Below are positions 1 to 10,882 of a DNA stretch of 64,000 nt, piece after piece (within the stretch, counting starts at the first letter, position 1; every line of letters starts with the position of its first letter). The stretch is from positions 248,001 through 312,000 of the forward strand of contig LSRY02000035.1 of assembly GCA_001643675.2 (NCBI GenBank), in the 5' to 3' direction. The notes below the pieces were generated by a model. That model ran no database searches, was not told the DNA's origin, and saw only the letters and a program-made list of their open reading frames with translations. Made by a program: the position numbers and the translations under genes. This DNA is from Monocercomonoides exilis PA203. Its lineage: Eukaryota > Protista > Preaxostyla.

Positions 1-3000
1 AAAGACAGCTGGTGAATGAATCAGAGGGAGAAGAAGAAGAAGGAGGAGGAAAGGAAGAAGAAGAAGAAGAAGGAAAAGAAGAAGAAGAAGAAGATGAAGA
101 AGAAGAAGAAGAAGATGAAGAAGAAGAAGAAGAAGAAGAAGAAGAAGAAGAAGAAGAAGGAGTAGAAGAAGACGAAGAGGAAGGATTAGAGAAGGAAGAA
201 GAAGAAGAAGAAGAAGAAGAAGAAGAAGAAGAAGAAGAAGAAGAAGAAGAAGAAGAAGAAGAAGAGGATAATGGAGAAGAAGGGAATGTTGGATTGGTAT
301 TTGGATTTGAGCTTATGTTTATATTTGTCAATGGATTAGCACCAGGAAACGGAGAAGAAGAAGAAGAAGAAGAATTAGAAGAAGAAGAAGGTCCTATATA
401 CAAATTCTGCTCTCCAATAGAATCTCCAATAGGCAAAAATGCAACAGTTTCTAAAGTTTCTCTGAGAGAAGGCAAAGAAGTTGATATATTCAGAGGAAAA
501 GGTTTGGATTGGATTGATTCTTTCTTTTGGGGGAGAGAAGAAGAAGAGGAAGAAAAAGAGGAAGAAGAGGAAGAAGAGGAAGAAGAGGAAGAAGAGGAAG
601 AGGAAGAGGAAGAAGAAGAAATGGAAAGAGAGGAAGGTTGGAGATGATGTTTGGAAGAAGATGAGAAGGAGGAGGAGGATGATGAAGAAGGAAAAGGAGA
701 AGAAGAGGAAGAAGAATTAGTTTTTGTATTGTTTGAGGAAGAGAAAGAAGAAGGACTAGATGTTAAAGGAGTATTCAATTGAGTGAAAGCAGATGAATCA
801 AAAGAAGAAGAGGAATAAGAAGAAGAAGAAGGATTATTAGAAGAAAAGGAAGAATGAGAAGAAGAAGGATGAGAAGAAGAAGAAGAAACCATTGAGCTTA
901 ATGCATTAGAAGACAATGATCTGATTGCAGGAGGAGCAGCAGCAGTAGTAGTAGTAGTAGAAGAAGAAGAAGAAGAGATGTCGAAGCTGGAGAGCTGAAG
1001 AGGAGAGGAAGGAATGGCATTAGATGAGGGTGGATAACAAGAAGAGGAAGAGGAAGAAGAAGAAGGAAAGGAAGAAGATGGTGATGAAGGAAATGAAGAA
1101 GGATTAGAAGAAGAAGATGATGATGACGATGACGTATTAATGCTATTTCCCAAAGAAGAATTTGATTTCTTATGAAAATTGCTTGAAGAATACTCCAATT
1201 CCGATGAATTTCTTCTGTGTGATTTTATTCCACTCAGTTTCTCAAATGAAGAAGAAGAAGAAGAAGAAGAAGAAGAAGAAGAAGAAGAAGAAGAAGAAGA
1301 AGAAGAAGAAGAAGAAGAAGAAGAAGAAGAAGAAGAAGAAGAAGAAGAAGAAGAAGAAGAAGAAGAAGAAGAAGAAGGAAGATTTGCAATGGAAGGAAGA
1401 ATTGTCTTGGATGAATGAGAATTCTGTTTGAACTTGCTGAAGGAGAGAGAAAGAGGAGGAACTTGGAAGGAGGAAGAGAGAGAAGAGGAGCGATGGTTGG
1501 AAGGTTGAGAGGAAGAAGAGGAAGAAGAGGAAGAAGAGGAAGAGGATGATGAAGAAGAAGTAACATTTGGTGTTAAAGAGAATAAAGACATTGAAGAAGA
1601 AGTAGAAGAAGAAGAAGAAGAAGGCAATGACAAGTTATTAGCTGAAGCAGTATTAACTGCATTTGAAGCACCTGAAGCAACAAAACAGCTGTTAGGACTC
1701 AAACCACCAAGCTCATTCTTCACAGGCATCATATTCTCCATCGCATTCTTCATCTGCCCTTGTGTTTTCATTGGAGTCAACGAACTCATAGAATTCATAG
1801 AAGTCATTGAATTCTGTGTTTTCATTGAATTAACTGGAGTATTAAATGAATTCAATGAATTTGACATGTTTGTCACATTTGACATGCTTGCAACATTTGA
1901 CATATTTGACATATTCATTGCATTCATTGACTTCTGCATCTTCATTTCTTTCATCTCCTTCATCTCCTTCATCGTCTTTGGTGTTCTTGGTGCCCACTCT
2001 CCTTTCCATGGCTGCCTGGTGATGAACGGGTGCTGCAGCATCTCAAAAGGAGAAGGTCTTTTCCTCGCGTCAATCATCAGGATCGAGCGAATGAAGTGGA
2101 TGAAGCAATGGCGCTGATTGGCTGACTTTGACAGGAGATTGCCTTGTTGCGTGGTGCGTCTGTGGTGCATTTCTATGGTGTCTTCGAGGGTGTTGCCTTC
2201 ATAGGGATAGCGGCGGGGTGGTTTGGATGGAGTGGATGAGGTGGATGAGCTGGATGGGTTAAAGAGTTTGGCGGTTTGCTGGGACTGAGGAGAAGGAGAA
2301 GAAGGAGAAGAAGGAGAAGAAGGAGAAGAAGGAGAAGAAGGAGAAGAAGGAGAAGAAGGAGAAGAAGGAGAAGGAAAAGAATGAGAAGAAGAATGGGAAG
2401 GAGATGAAATGAAGTGAATACATTTGGATTATATATATATTTGAATGCAAAAGACAAATAAAACAAATGTAAGGTGGGGGTTGAATTTATTGATAGAAAT
2501 TGAATGAATTAACGAATAAATAAAATAAAATAAAATAAAATAAAAAACAAAAAACCCACAAACCGCAATATACTCCTCGTAGTTCATCAGCCTCACCCCT
2601 TCCGCACTTGCTGCGTCGTCTATGAAGTACTTCTGGAAGGAAGCGCTTTTCACAGCCAGTTCTGAGGGAATGTTGCCCACGATGCGCTGAATGCGGCAGA
2701 GCTGGTCGTGTTCTGGCTGGCCAGGAAGGAGTGGATGGCCTAAGAAGAGCTCAGCAGCTATACACCCCACACTCCACATGTCGATGGAGAGGGAGTAGCT
2801 GAGAGAGAGGGGAGAGAGGAGAGAGAGAAGAGGGGGAGAAGGGGTTAGAGAGGGGAAAGGTGAGAGGAGAGAGAGGGGAGAGGGGAGATGAGGAAAGAAG
2901 GGGAAAGGAAGGGAAGGTGATTCAGAGAAAGAGAAAGAGAAAGAGAAAGAGAAAGAGAAAGAGAAAGAGAAAGAGAAAGAGAAAGAGAAAGAGAAAGAGA

Positions 3001-3013
3001 AAGAGAAAGAGAA

Positions 3014-3044
<31 letters not shown>

Positions 3045-3072
3045 AAGAGAAAGAGAAAGAGAAAGAGAAAGA

Positions 3073-3122
<50 letters not shown>

Positions 3123-4370
3123 AGAGGAGAAAGAGAGAGAAGGAGAAGAGAAAGATTGGGTGAAATGGGAGGTGGTAAGGAGGGAGGGTGTAGATGGTGA
3201 ATAGAAAAAGAAGAAAAAGATTCCGAAAATGAAGATGATGATGAAGAATTGAATGGAAATTCCAAGAGCAAAAGCAAAGGAAGATAAAATGATAGAGAGA
3301 TATATAGATAGATAGATAGAAGAGTCAAAATTGAAAAAAAAAAATACCAAAGAATAAAAAGAAAATAATTAAGAAAATAATAAAAATAATGTCAATAACA
3401 ATATCAACAATTAAGGAATGCATACGGAAGTCCCAGGAGAACTTCAGGAGCTCTGTAATATCTGCTCTGAATGTACGTGTAAAGTGGGTGGCTCTCAAAC
3501 ACCGCTGAGCCAAAATCAACAACTTTCACTTTTGGCAGAGATCCATCAATAAGAATATTTTCTGGCTTAAGATCGGCATGAATGATCTTCAGACTTCGCA
3601 GCAGGCACATAACATCCAAAACTTGCGCAATGATCTGTAATTATTGTTGTTGTTGTTGTTATTGTTATTTGAAAATATATATATAATTAAATAAAGTCAA
3701 TGAAATTTTAAAGGCAATGACAAAAAATTATTGAAAATATGTTTATTGAGAAAGTGATTATATTCATACAACTGACACTAAACTCAATGAAAATCCTTGA
3801 AAGTGGCCTCGCTTCAAAGTAGTATAAAGGTTTTCTCCTAAAATCTCTGTGACAAAACAAGCATGACCATGGAATACGAAATCATTTACAAGTCTTAAAC
3901 AACGACGTTGATCATCAAAATCTTTTTCTCGTATCTGAAATTTAAAAAAGAGAATTTTGTTATTTTAAAAAATAAAATAAACAACAAAAAAACAATACCA
4001 ATGACAATATTTTCTTTTCGTATTGGGCTTGTCTGGTGTATGCTGGAATATTCTTTATAACCTTTATTGCATAACAACAAAAAGTCTCCATGTCAACGCA
4101 TTTTAAAACTTGTCCGTAACTTCCTTGACCAAGACTCCCTTCAACTAAATATCTTTTACTTGTTCCATCAATAGCCTGTTCCGTATCATATATAATATCT
4201 CCAACACGAAAAACAAAATTTCCTTCTTCATTATCAAGGCCCCTGTTCAATGCTCTTTGAAACGGACTAGTGAGCGCATTTCTATAATTTTTCATTTGAG
4301 GAATATATTTAAAGCTAGGATCGATATGACGATATAATCTTGGCAAAAATAAAGTGGCTTTTTTGAATGT
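1..4370 (-). CDS. YAK1: YAK1-type DYRK-family protein kinase, multi-exon, long Ser-rich low-complexity C-terminal tail; 3' end beyond window start, first exon(s) not resolved
   Basis: Exons rebuilt with GT-AG joins: 4370-3999, 3934-3770, 3634-3426, 2798-2564, 2284-<1. Motifs [40 protein letters not shown] (DYRK YxY loop), [13 protein letters not shown]. The pre-kinase segment ([27 protein letters not shown]) is YAK1-like. Confidence 0.9.
1248..1376. repeat. Pure (GAA)43 trinucleotide repeat, read as poly-Ser (TCT) in the kinase tail
   Basis: Uninterrupted gaa run; many shorter GAA/GAG runs across 1-1620. Confidence 0.95.
2289..2370. repeat. (GGAGAAGAA)n 9-mer tandem forming the polypyrimidine tract of a kinase intron
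   Basis: Seen directly; abuts the acceptor at 2285-2286. Confidence 0.9.
2925..3119. repeat. Compound intronic microsatellite: (GAGAAA)n followed by (TG)23
   Basis: 2925-3071 hexamer array, 3074-3119 TG run, inside kinase intron 2799-3425. Confidence 0.95.
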
Positions 4371-5119
4371 CTATGAAAGGGCATTTCAACAAAGAATATC
4401 AAAAAAAATAAAGAATTAAATGACTGCAAACTGAAATAGAGCCCCATTTAGAATGCTGCATGAAAAGTCAGGAGAATTATAAAATGACAATGTTCAGATT
4501 TATCGGTCAAATGTTCCAGAAATCTAAAAATTCAACAATTAAAATCAAATTTTTGATAATAAAAAAGTATTTACTTATCAGTTAATGTTGTTATACTGTA
4601 ATTTGATTTAAAATGGTATCAATCGAAATAATTTTATTAGATCTATCCCCTTTTTTGATTTTATTGTATTTTGATAAAAACAAGTCTTCATTTTTTCGTA
4701 AAAAAATGGTTAATAATGTTTATTATTTAATTATTGTTGTTGTATTTACAAATTTAATACTGATGGGTGTATGGTTCCAAAAACAATTATATAAAAAAAT
4801 CATTTTCACTTTTTTCAGAATAAAATTTTCTTTAAAACAAATACACAATAATTCTTTTTTCATTAAAGATAAAATGAAATAATTCAAAAAATTATTATTT
4901 TCAGTATATTTGAATCAATTTATATTTTTGAAGAAAAAGTTATTGTTTGAGAGTCGGAAAGTTCGAATAATAATTTTTTAGTTTTGTTTGAAAAAGGAAT
5001 GGGTAATTGAGCACCAATAAAAATCACTTGAGAATTTTTAAAACAATGTTTCCTTTTCAAGAAAAATAAATTTTCATTTATATCGAAGGATTTTTATAAT
5101 AATTATTATTTGACAATTA

Positions 5120-5546
5120 CAGTCAAGCTCGGTTATAATCACAATCCATTTTGCACGATTTTTTGTGATTTTAACCGAACTTGATTATAACCGAAAATGT
5201 TTTTTCATTGAAAAGTTTTTCTGAAAAATATTTTTGAAGAAAAAAAAAGTTAATTTTCAATATTTATTAAAATCCACATATTTGAATCGATTTTTCATTT
5301 TATAAAGTTTTAAAGATAAATATTGTTCATCATAAAGTCGAAAAAACAACTTTCATTTTTACAAAAATTTCAAAATAGACAGAAAAATACCCATTAATTT
5401 TCAAATTTTGTGATTATTCACGATTTTAGTGTGATTATAACCGATGAAATTATACATATAAATATGCAAATTTTATCTATGCACGAAAAAATGTGATTAT
5501 TCGCGGTCTTGATTACAACCGAGGTGATTATAACCGAGATTCACTG
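5120..5546. mobile_element. Tc1/mariner-pogo-type MITE (427 bp)
   Basis: TIRs CAGTCAAGCTCGGTTATAATCAC / CAGTGAATCTCGGTTATAATCAC (21/23), TA on both flanks, subterminal TGATTATAACCGA repeats, no ORF. Confidence 0.9.
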
Positions 5547-5600
5547 TATATTATTAATCTATCAATTTTGAAAAAACTTTAATAAAATACTTCATCATTT

Positions 5601-5806
5601 GGCTGATCCTTTTTTATATCACACTTTCGTTCGAGTTTTGATCAAAAATTTTTTCTCAATGGGATTTTGAAAAAATGAACTTAGAATGTTAATTCATATT
5701 GTTCATGATGTTGTTATTGCAGTTACAATTTTTTTTCTAAAATCACATTGAGATGAAAATTTTGATCAAAACTCGAACAATAGAATGATTTCAAAAAGGA
5801 TCAGCC
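5601..5806. mobile_element. Foldback MITE, GGC..GCC termini, 4-bp TSD ATTT
   Basis: GGCTGATCCTTTTT..AAAAAGGATCAGCC, arms ~75 bp including GTTCGAGTTTTGATCAAAA; ATTT at 5597-5600 and 5807-5810. Confidence 0.85.
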
Positions 5807-5862
5807 ATTTGGACAATACACCAAAATTATTAATATTCGTAAAAGAATAATTCGATTTCGGA

Positions 5863-6478
5863 ATTACACCAAAAATAATTCAAAGTCGAAAAACTTTCAA
5901 TAGAAATCGAAAATTTCACTAAAAAATCAACGTTTTAAAAAAAGTTATCCGCAAAAGAAAAATGATATTCTTTTGTTTTCGGAAATATAATCTGCAATGT
6001 TTGTGTTGCTGATTTCTGTAAATTTTGAAGATTTCGAACCAAAATAAACTCAATAATAAACAATAAACAAAAGCTATTACATTTGTTGCCTTCCATTAGA
6101 AATGAGTTTTTTGATATAAAAAACGCGAAATTAGAGAGCCAATATTGCGTGCATCATTCTTCATTAATTGAGAAAAAATAATAACAAATAAATTTTGCCA
6201 ATCTTTTGAAAAGCAGTGTTCTTTCAATTGAAATAAGATCAAAATGTGTCAGTATTTCTCTCATGTTTATAAATTATGTAATTGGACAAAAGAAAGCAAA
6301 GAAAAATATCGGAATAAACATGAAAAATCATTAAAATAACAAATATCATTGATATTTTAACAATCACAATGTTTTTTTGACTTTTATTGATTTTTGTCAT
6401 CTTTTTGAAAATTCGAAGTTTTTCGAACTTTCGACTTTGCTTGAAAGTTTTCCGACTTTGAATAATTTTTGGTGTAAT
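5863..6478. mobile_element. Non-autonomous inverted-repeat element, class unresolved
   Basis: ATTACACCAAAAATAATTCAAAGTCGAAAAACTTTCAA at 5863 matches the reverse complement of 6441-6478 (36/38); exact termini and TSD not evident. Confidence 0.65.
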
Positions 6479-7022
6479 GTTTCAAATTCGTTAAAAATTA
6501 ATTTTTATTTGGTAACGATAAAATTTTTGGATTGCTTTATGAATAATTCCCAAAATGTAATTCACTTAGACATTTTTTATATCTAACAACTTTTTTTTCT
6601 GATTTTTCAATTTGATGATTTTCAAAAAAGGAATGAAGCGATTTTGATATAAAAATAATTTTTGTATTTCGAATATCACAAAATTAAAGAAATCGATTAT
6701 TTTACTAAAAATTGAAGCATGACCTTCGATCATGGCATCCTTTTTGATAAGTCCCAAAAACATGATTGAATAATTCAATTTGAATTTTTTTTGTTTCATA
6801 AATTTGTTCAGAATAATGGAACTTGAGGAAAATTCCACTGAAATAAATTCTCTTCATATCTTATTTAAGACATTCAGCAACAATGAAAGCAGTTTACGCT
6901 GGTTGTTCGATAAAAAAATAATTTCCTATTCAAAGAAATGCTCTCAATGCAACGAAGATATGTATTTCTACGCATATCTAACAGGAAGATTTGTCTTTCA
7001 TTGCAGAAAAGCAAATGCAATG

Positions 7023-7717
7023 CAGTCAAAACCGGATATAATCACGTCGGATTAAATCACATTCGTTTATAGTCACATTTTTCCATGCACAGATATTTTT
7101 GGCCAATTTTTCATTTAATTACCATCACATATAATCACAGGGCAGAAAATATATGGGTAATTCTTTTTGAAAAGTCGCAAATGTTTAATTTTTGAATACA
7201 TTAAAAATTTCATATTTTGCTAAAATTTCGGTTCCAGCTCATGCAACTTCACAGGAATGTGTTAAATAGCATTGCCAAATTATTTCCTCCACTTTGGTGA
7301 AGTTGCATGAGCGGGAACCGAAATTTTTGTAAAATATGCATTTTTTAATTTATTTGATAATTAAACATTTGCGACTTTTCAAAAAGAATTACCCATATTA
7401 TCAAATTTTGTATCATAATGGGTGTTTTTTTCAATGAAAAATCGATTTTTTGATCAAAAATTTCAAATTTTCGATTTTTCAAAATTTGGTTTGTATAAGT
7501 TAAAATAATGGATATTCATGAAAAAAATTATTTTCGCAAGTGAAAAATGCGCTTTTACAAAGAATTTCCAAAAATAAAAAAATTTTACACATTACAAAAA
7601 TAAGAATAAATTAATTTATATTTTTTTCTGTGTTGAGTCATATCGCTTTTAATCACAATCGGATATAGTCACAAAAAGATATGCAAAAACCGATGCGATA
7701 ATATCCGATTTAGACTG
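7023..7717. mobile_element. Second pogo-type MITE, inserted in the Merlin transposase
   Basis: TIRs CAGTCAAAACCGGATATAATCAC / CAGTCTAAATCGGATATTATCGC (19/23), related to the 5120 element; flanks TG/TT, so the TA duplication is decayed or absent; transposase homology resumes right after 7717. Confidence 0.8.
7155..7394. mobile_element. Foldback MITE, GGG..CCC termini, ATAT flanks, nested in the pogo-type MITE
   Basis: GGGTAATTCTTTTTGAAAAGTCGCAAATGTTTAATT mirrored at 7359-7394; arms ~97 bp. Confidence 0.85.
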
Positions 7718-8806
7718 TTATTCAATTTTCATAAATACTCCTTTTTGCCGTGGAAAAGCAAAAATTGAACTTTTGTTACTATCTATTTTGTTATTTCACT
7801 TAGGCCTGCAGCAGCTTCAGGCCAGATCTCTTACAGATCTTGGTGAAAAAATCACGGGGGAATTTTATGCAATTTGCACGAAAGCTTGTTATTCGGAATT
7901 CTACTTGAAAAAAGAAAAACTAGGAGGTTTTGGAAAGGTTGTCGAATTGGATGAATGTTTGTTACGGAAAAGGAAGTGTCATAGGGGCAGATCCAAAAAG
8001 CAGGTTTGGATATTTGGAATCTAAGAAAAAAATCCTTTGGGAACCAAAGTATTTATTATTCCAATGAAAAAAAGGGATTCAAAAACTCCGCTTTATATTA
8101 TCACAAAAAAAGTTGAGCCTGGGACAATGATATATTCAGATTGTTGGAAAGCTTTCTCAAAGGTGTTTGAGCTTGGTTTTGGGAGCGAAACAGTTGATCA
8201 TCGCAAGGAATTTAAAAAACAAAATCACAAACCGTCATACATATAACATCGAAGCTGTCTGGAGAAGGTTAAGAAGGTCATTGCCACCAAATGGAACTAG
8301 ACTACGTCACATTGAAGATCACATTGCTTCATTAAAATTGTTAAAAATAGAGAAAAATTTAGTACAGAAGTTATTTGAAATTGTTTTTGAATATAATTTC
8401 GAGAAATAAGAGAAAACATACGATGAAGTTAACGAAATAAGTGAAGATGAAATTGAAACAGCAACGAGCAGCATTTTATCCGTTTGAACAGATGATACAG
8501 ATGCCACAGTTTATTCGATTGAGAAAAAAACGGAAGATGATAGAGTTAAAGCTTCCAGTTGGGAAGAATCTGATACAGTTTAATTATTTGAACTTTAATT
8601 TGTTTGTACGAAAAATTCCATTTCAAAGCTCATTAAAAAAATCAGAAAACTTAAAATTTTTATATTATATAAAGAATTCGATCAAAATGGATGCTATGAT
8701 CTTTACCCATGCCAAAATTGGAAATTTTCTGTATTTTTTCAAAGAAAATTTTTAGAATTTTTGAAACTGAATATTAAGTAATTTATTTTATTCAAAAGAA
8801 ATAATT

Positions 8807-10023
8807 GTGTCAACTTATTAATGTAATTTTTCACCTTATTGGCACTTTTTAGGTTTTTGCTTGCCAATAACTGATAAGCGTTGAATGGCTTTCAGTGAAT
8901 TAATTATTCTTTTTAACCAGTAAAATACTATTTATTTATTGTTTCATTTTTTATTTAAGTTTTTCACATATCGAGAAATTACGTTTTTTTGAATAATTTT
9001 AAAAGACTTTTACTAGCCAACCAATTAGGCAACTCATTAGAAATTTGTGACTTGTTCTGAATAGAATTTGCTTCGAACTATTAACCGTTAAATTCTTTAA
9101 TAAAGCAATTTCTTTTTTTCTTCAGTTTTTCACATTTTTTTGTCAACATGCAAGAACAAAATTGTTTATTTCTTTGTTGAAATTATGAAGTGATGATAAA
9201 ATTAAACATTGATATTTTCTATTGATCTTGAACAACAAAATGCGAACAACCAAAAATGATCTGAGATCACTTTTTTTGTTATTTTGATGAGTTCTTCACA
9301 ATCAGAAAATATTCTCATTCAACTTTTAATGCACTTCAATATTGGAGTGTTTGCTTTTCATATCAAATTTTCTTTTTTTTTAATTTCATAATTTTAACAA
9401 AGAAATAAACAATTTGGTTCTTGCATGTTGACAAAAAAAGGTGAAAAACTCAAGAAAAAAGACATTGCTTTATTAAAGAATTTAACAGTTAATAATTCGA
9501 AGCAAATTCTATTCAAAACAAGTGGGTGATAATTTATGAAATCATATTTTTTCGAAGCAAAATTTTGGTACAAAAAATTCGTAATGAATTTCTGTCAATA
9601 AACACAGAAAAGAAATAACTTCAACAAAAAACATCTCTGTCTCTCTTTTTCATCAACCATTAACTTTTAAAACCGATTGAAAAACATTTAATATTTCTAA
9701 GAGAATTATTTGCCAATAACAATGTATTTTCATAATTATCCACACCCCGAAAAAAGTTATGATTTCAAAAATAATCACCCAAGACATAAATTTCTTGTGA
9801 GTTGCCTTATTGGTTGGTAAAAGAACTATTAAAATTTGCAAAAAAACATAATTTCTCGACATGTAAAAAACGAAAATAAAAATTAAAACATTAAATAAAT
9901 AGAACTTAACTGGTTTAAAAGAATTATAAAAGAGCTGAAAGCCATTCAGCGCTTTTCAGTTGTTGGTAGTCAAAAACAAAAAATGTTCCAATAAGGGAAA
10001 AAGTCCCATTAAAAAGTTAACCA
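8807..10023. mobile_element. Long-TIR foldback element (diverged copy), same family as 41549-42554
   Basis: GTGTCAACTTATTAATG.. versus ..CCCATTAAAAAGTTAACC; arms mirror over >400 bp with many mismatches; flanks AATT/TATT. Confidence 0.85.
9524..9780. mobile_element. 257-bp MITE, GGG..CCC termini, 4-bp TSD AAGT/AAGA
   Basis: GGGTGATAATTTATGAAATCATA..TATGATTTCAAAAATAATCACCC interrupts the right arm of the host; the left arm (around 9040-9070) shows the empty site with a single AAGT. Confidence 0.88.
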
Positions 10024-10039
10024 TATTCCGCTTTTTGCG

Positions 10040-10882
10040 GTGATGAGGAAGATTTTGAACGAGCTATGAAGCTCCAGCAAGTGGAGAACACGAACATCTT
10101 CTCACTCTGCTCTGATTTGGTGGAGCCATCTCTTTCTTAATTATGTATCACATCTATTTGGATGTGCCAGAAGGGGCTGGAAGGATGCGTGCGAATGCTT
10201 GAGGGATGTAACTTTTGTGTCAGCGAATGTGATTTAATGCACCTCTTCATTTGAGACTGCAGCATTTGTATCCGCGCTGGCAGACGTTTGTTTGCAACCA
10301 GTTTGCGTAGAGAAGGCGATTGAGATGAGCTGAAGAAGAGGAAGTTCCACTATTTGGAGCCAGGACACAGAAGCTGTGCTGTTTGCGAGGGAGATGGGGG
10401 CAGTTGATGAAAAGAAAGAAGGAGAATTGAAGGGAGGAAGAGGAGGAAAAAATAATAAGAGAGGAGAAGGAGGAGGAGGAGGAGGAGAAGAAGAAGGAGA
10501 AGGAGAAGGAGGAGGAGGAGGAGGAGGAGAAGAAGGAGAAGGAGAAGGAGGAGGAGGAGGAGGAGAAGAAGAAGAAGAAGGAGAAGGAGAAGAAGAACTA
10601 TTAATCCAGAAGCTGAAAGCAGAGAAAAGAGAAGCGGAAGAAGAAAGAATAAGAGAAGAGATGGACATACAAGGAGACAGGCTGATAGAGAAAGTGGTGA
10701 GAGGGAGGAAGGCGATGAAGGAAGAGAGGGAGATGGAGAGGAGGCTGAGGAAGATGGTGGAGAAGGAGAGGAAGGAGAGGAGAAGGAGAGAGAGAGAAGA
10801 AGAAGAAGAAGGAAGAGAAGGAAGAGAAGGAGAAGGAGAAGGAGAAGAGGAAGAGGAAGAAGAAGGTGAAGAAGAAGAATAA
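10040..10882 (+). pseudogene. Degraded gene fragment ending in Gly/Glu-rich low-complexity sequence
   Basis: Higher-GC coding-like stretch with in-frame stops (e.g. TGA at 10331) leading into the 10376-10882 ORF; 5' side abuts the foldback element. No family recognised. Confidence 0.35.

Larger units (their letters stand above)
6816..8583 (+). pseudogene. ISXO2-domain (Merlin) transposase pseudogene
   Basis: Zn-ribbon CSQC..HCRK, LGGFGKVVELDE, WIFG, IYSDCWKAF, VDH, NIEAVW, acidic tail; split by an insertion at 7023-7717, stop at 8022-8024, frameshift near 8220, further stops. Confidence 0.9.
6716..8713 (+). mobile_element. Merlin (IS1595/ISXO2-like) DNA transposon, inactivated, with nested MITEs
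   Basis: 33-bp imperfect TIRs (24/33; 6716-6748, 8681-8713), 8-bp TSD AAAATTGA/AAAATTGG, internal transposase remnant. Confidence 0.88.

Noticed and set aside
12-1566. Poly-Glu, poly-Lys and poly-Leu ORFs in the track
   Set aside because: Antisense or off-frame shadows of the poly-Ser kinase tail.
3895-4030. Apparent duplicated YEKKIL peptide on either side of an intron
   Set aside because: The second occurrence is out of frame; the spliced frame reads IREKDFDD.
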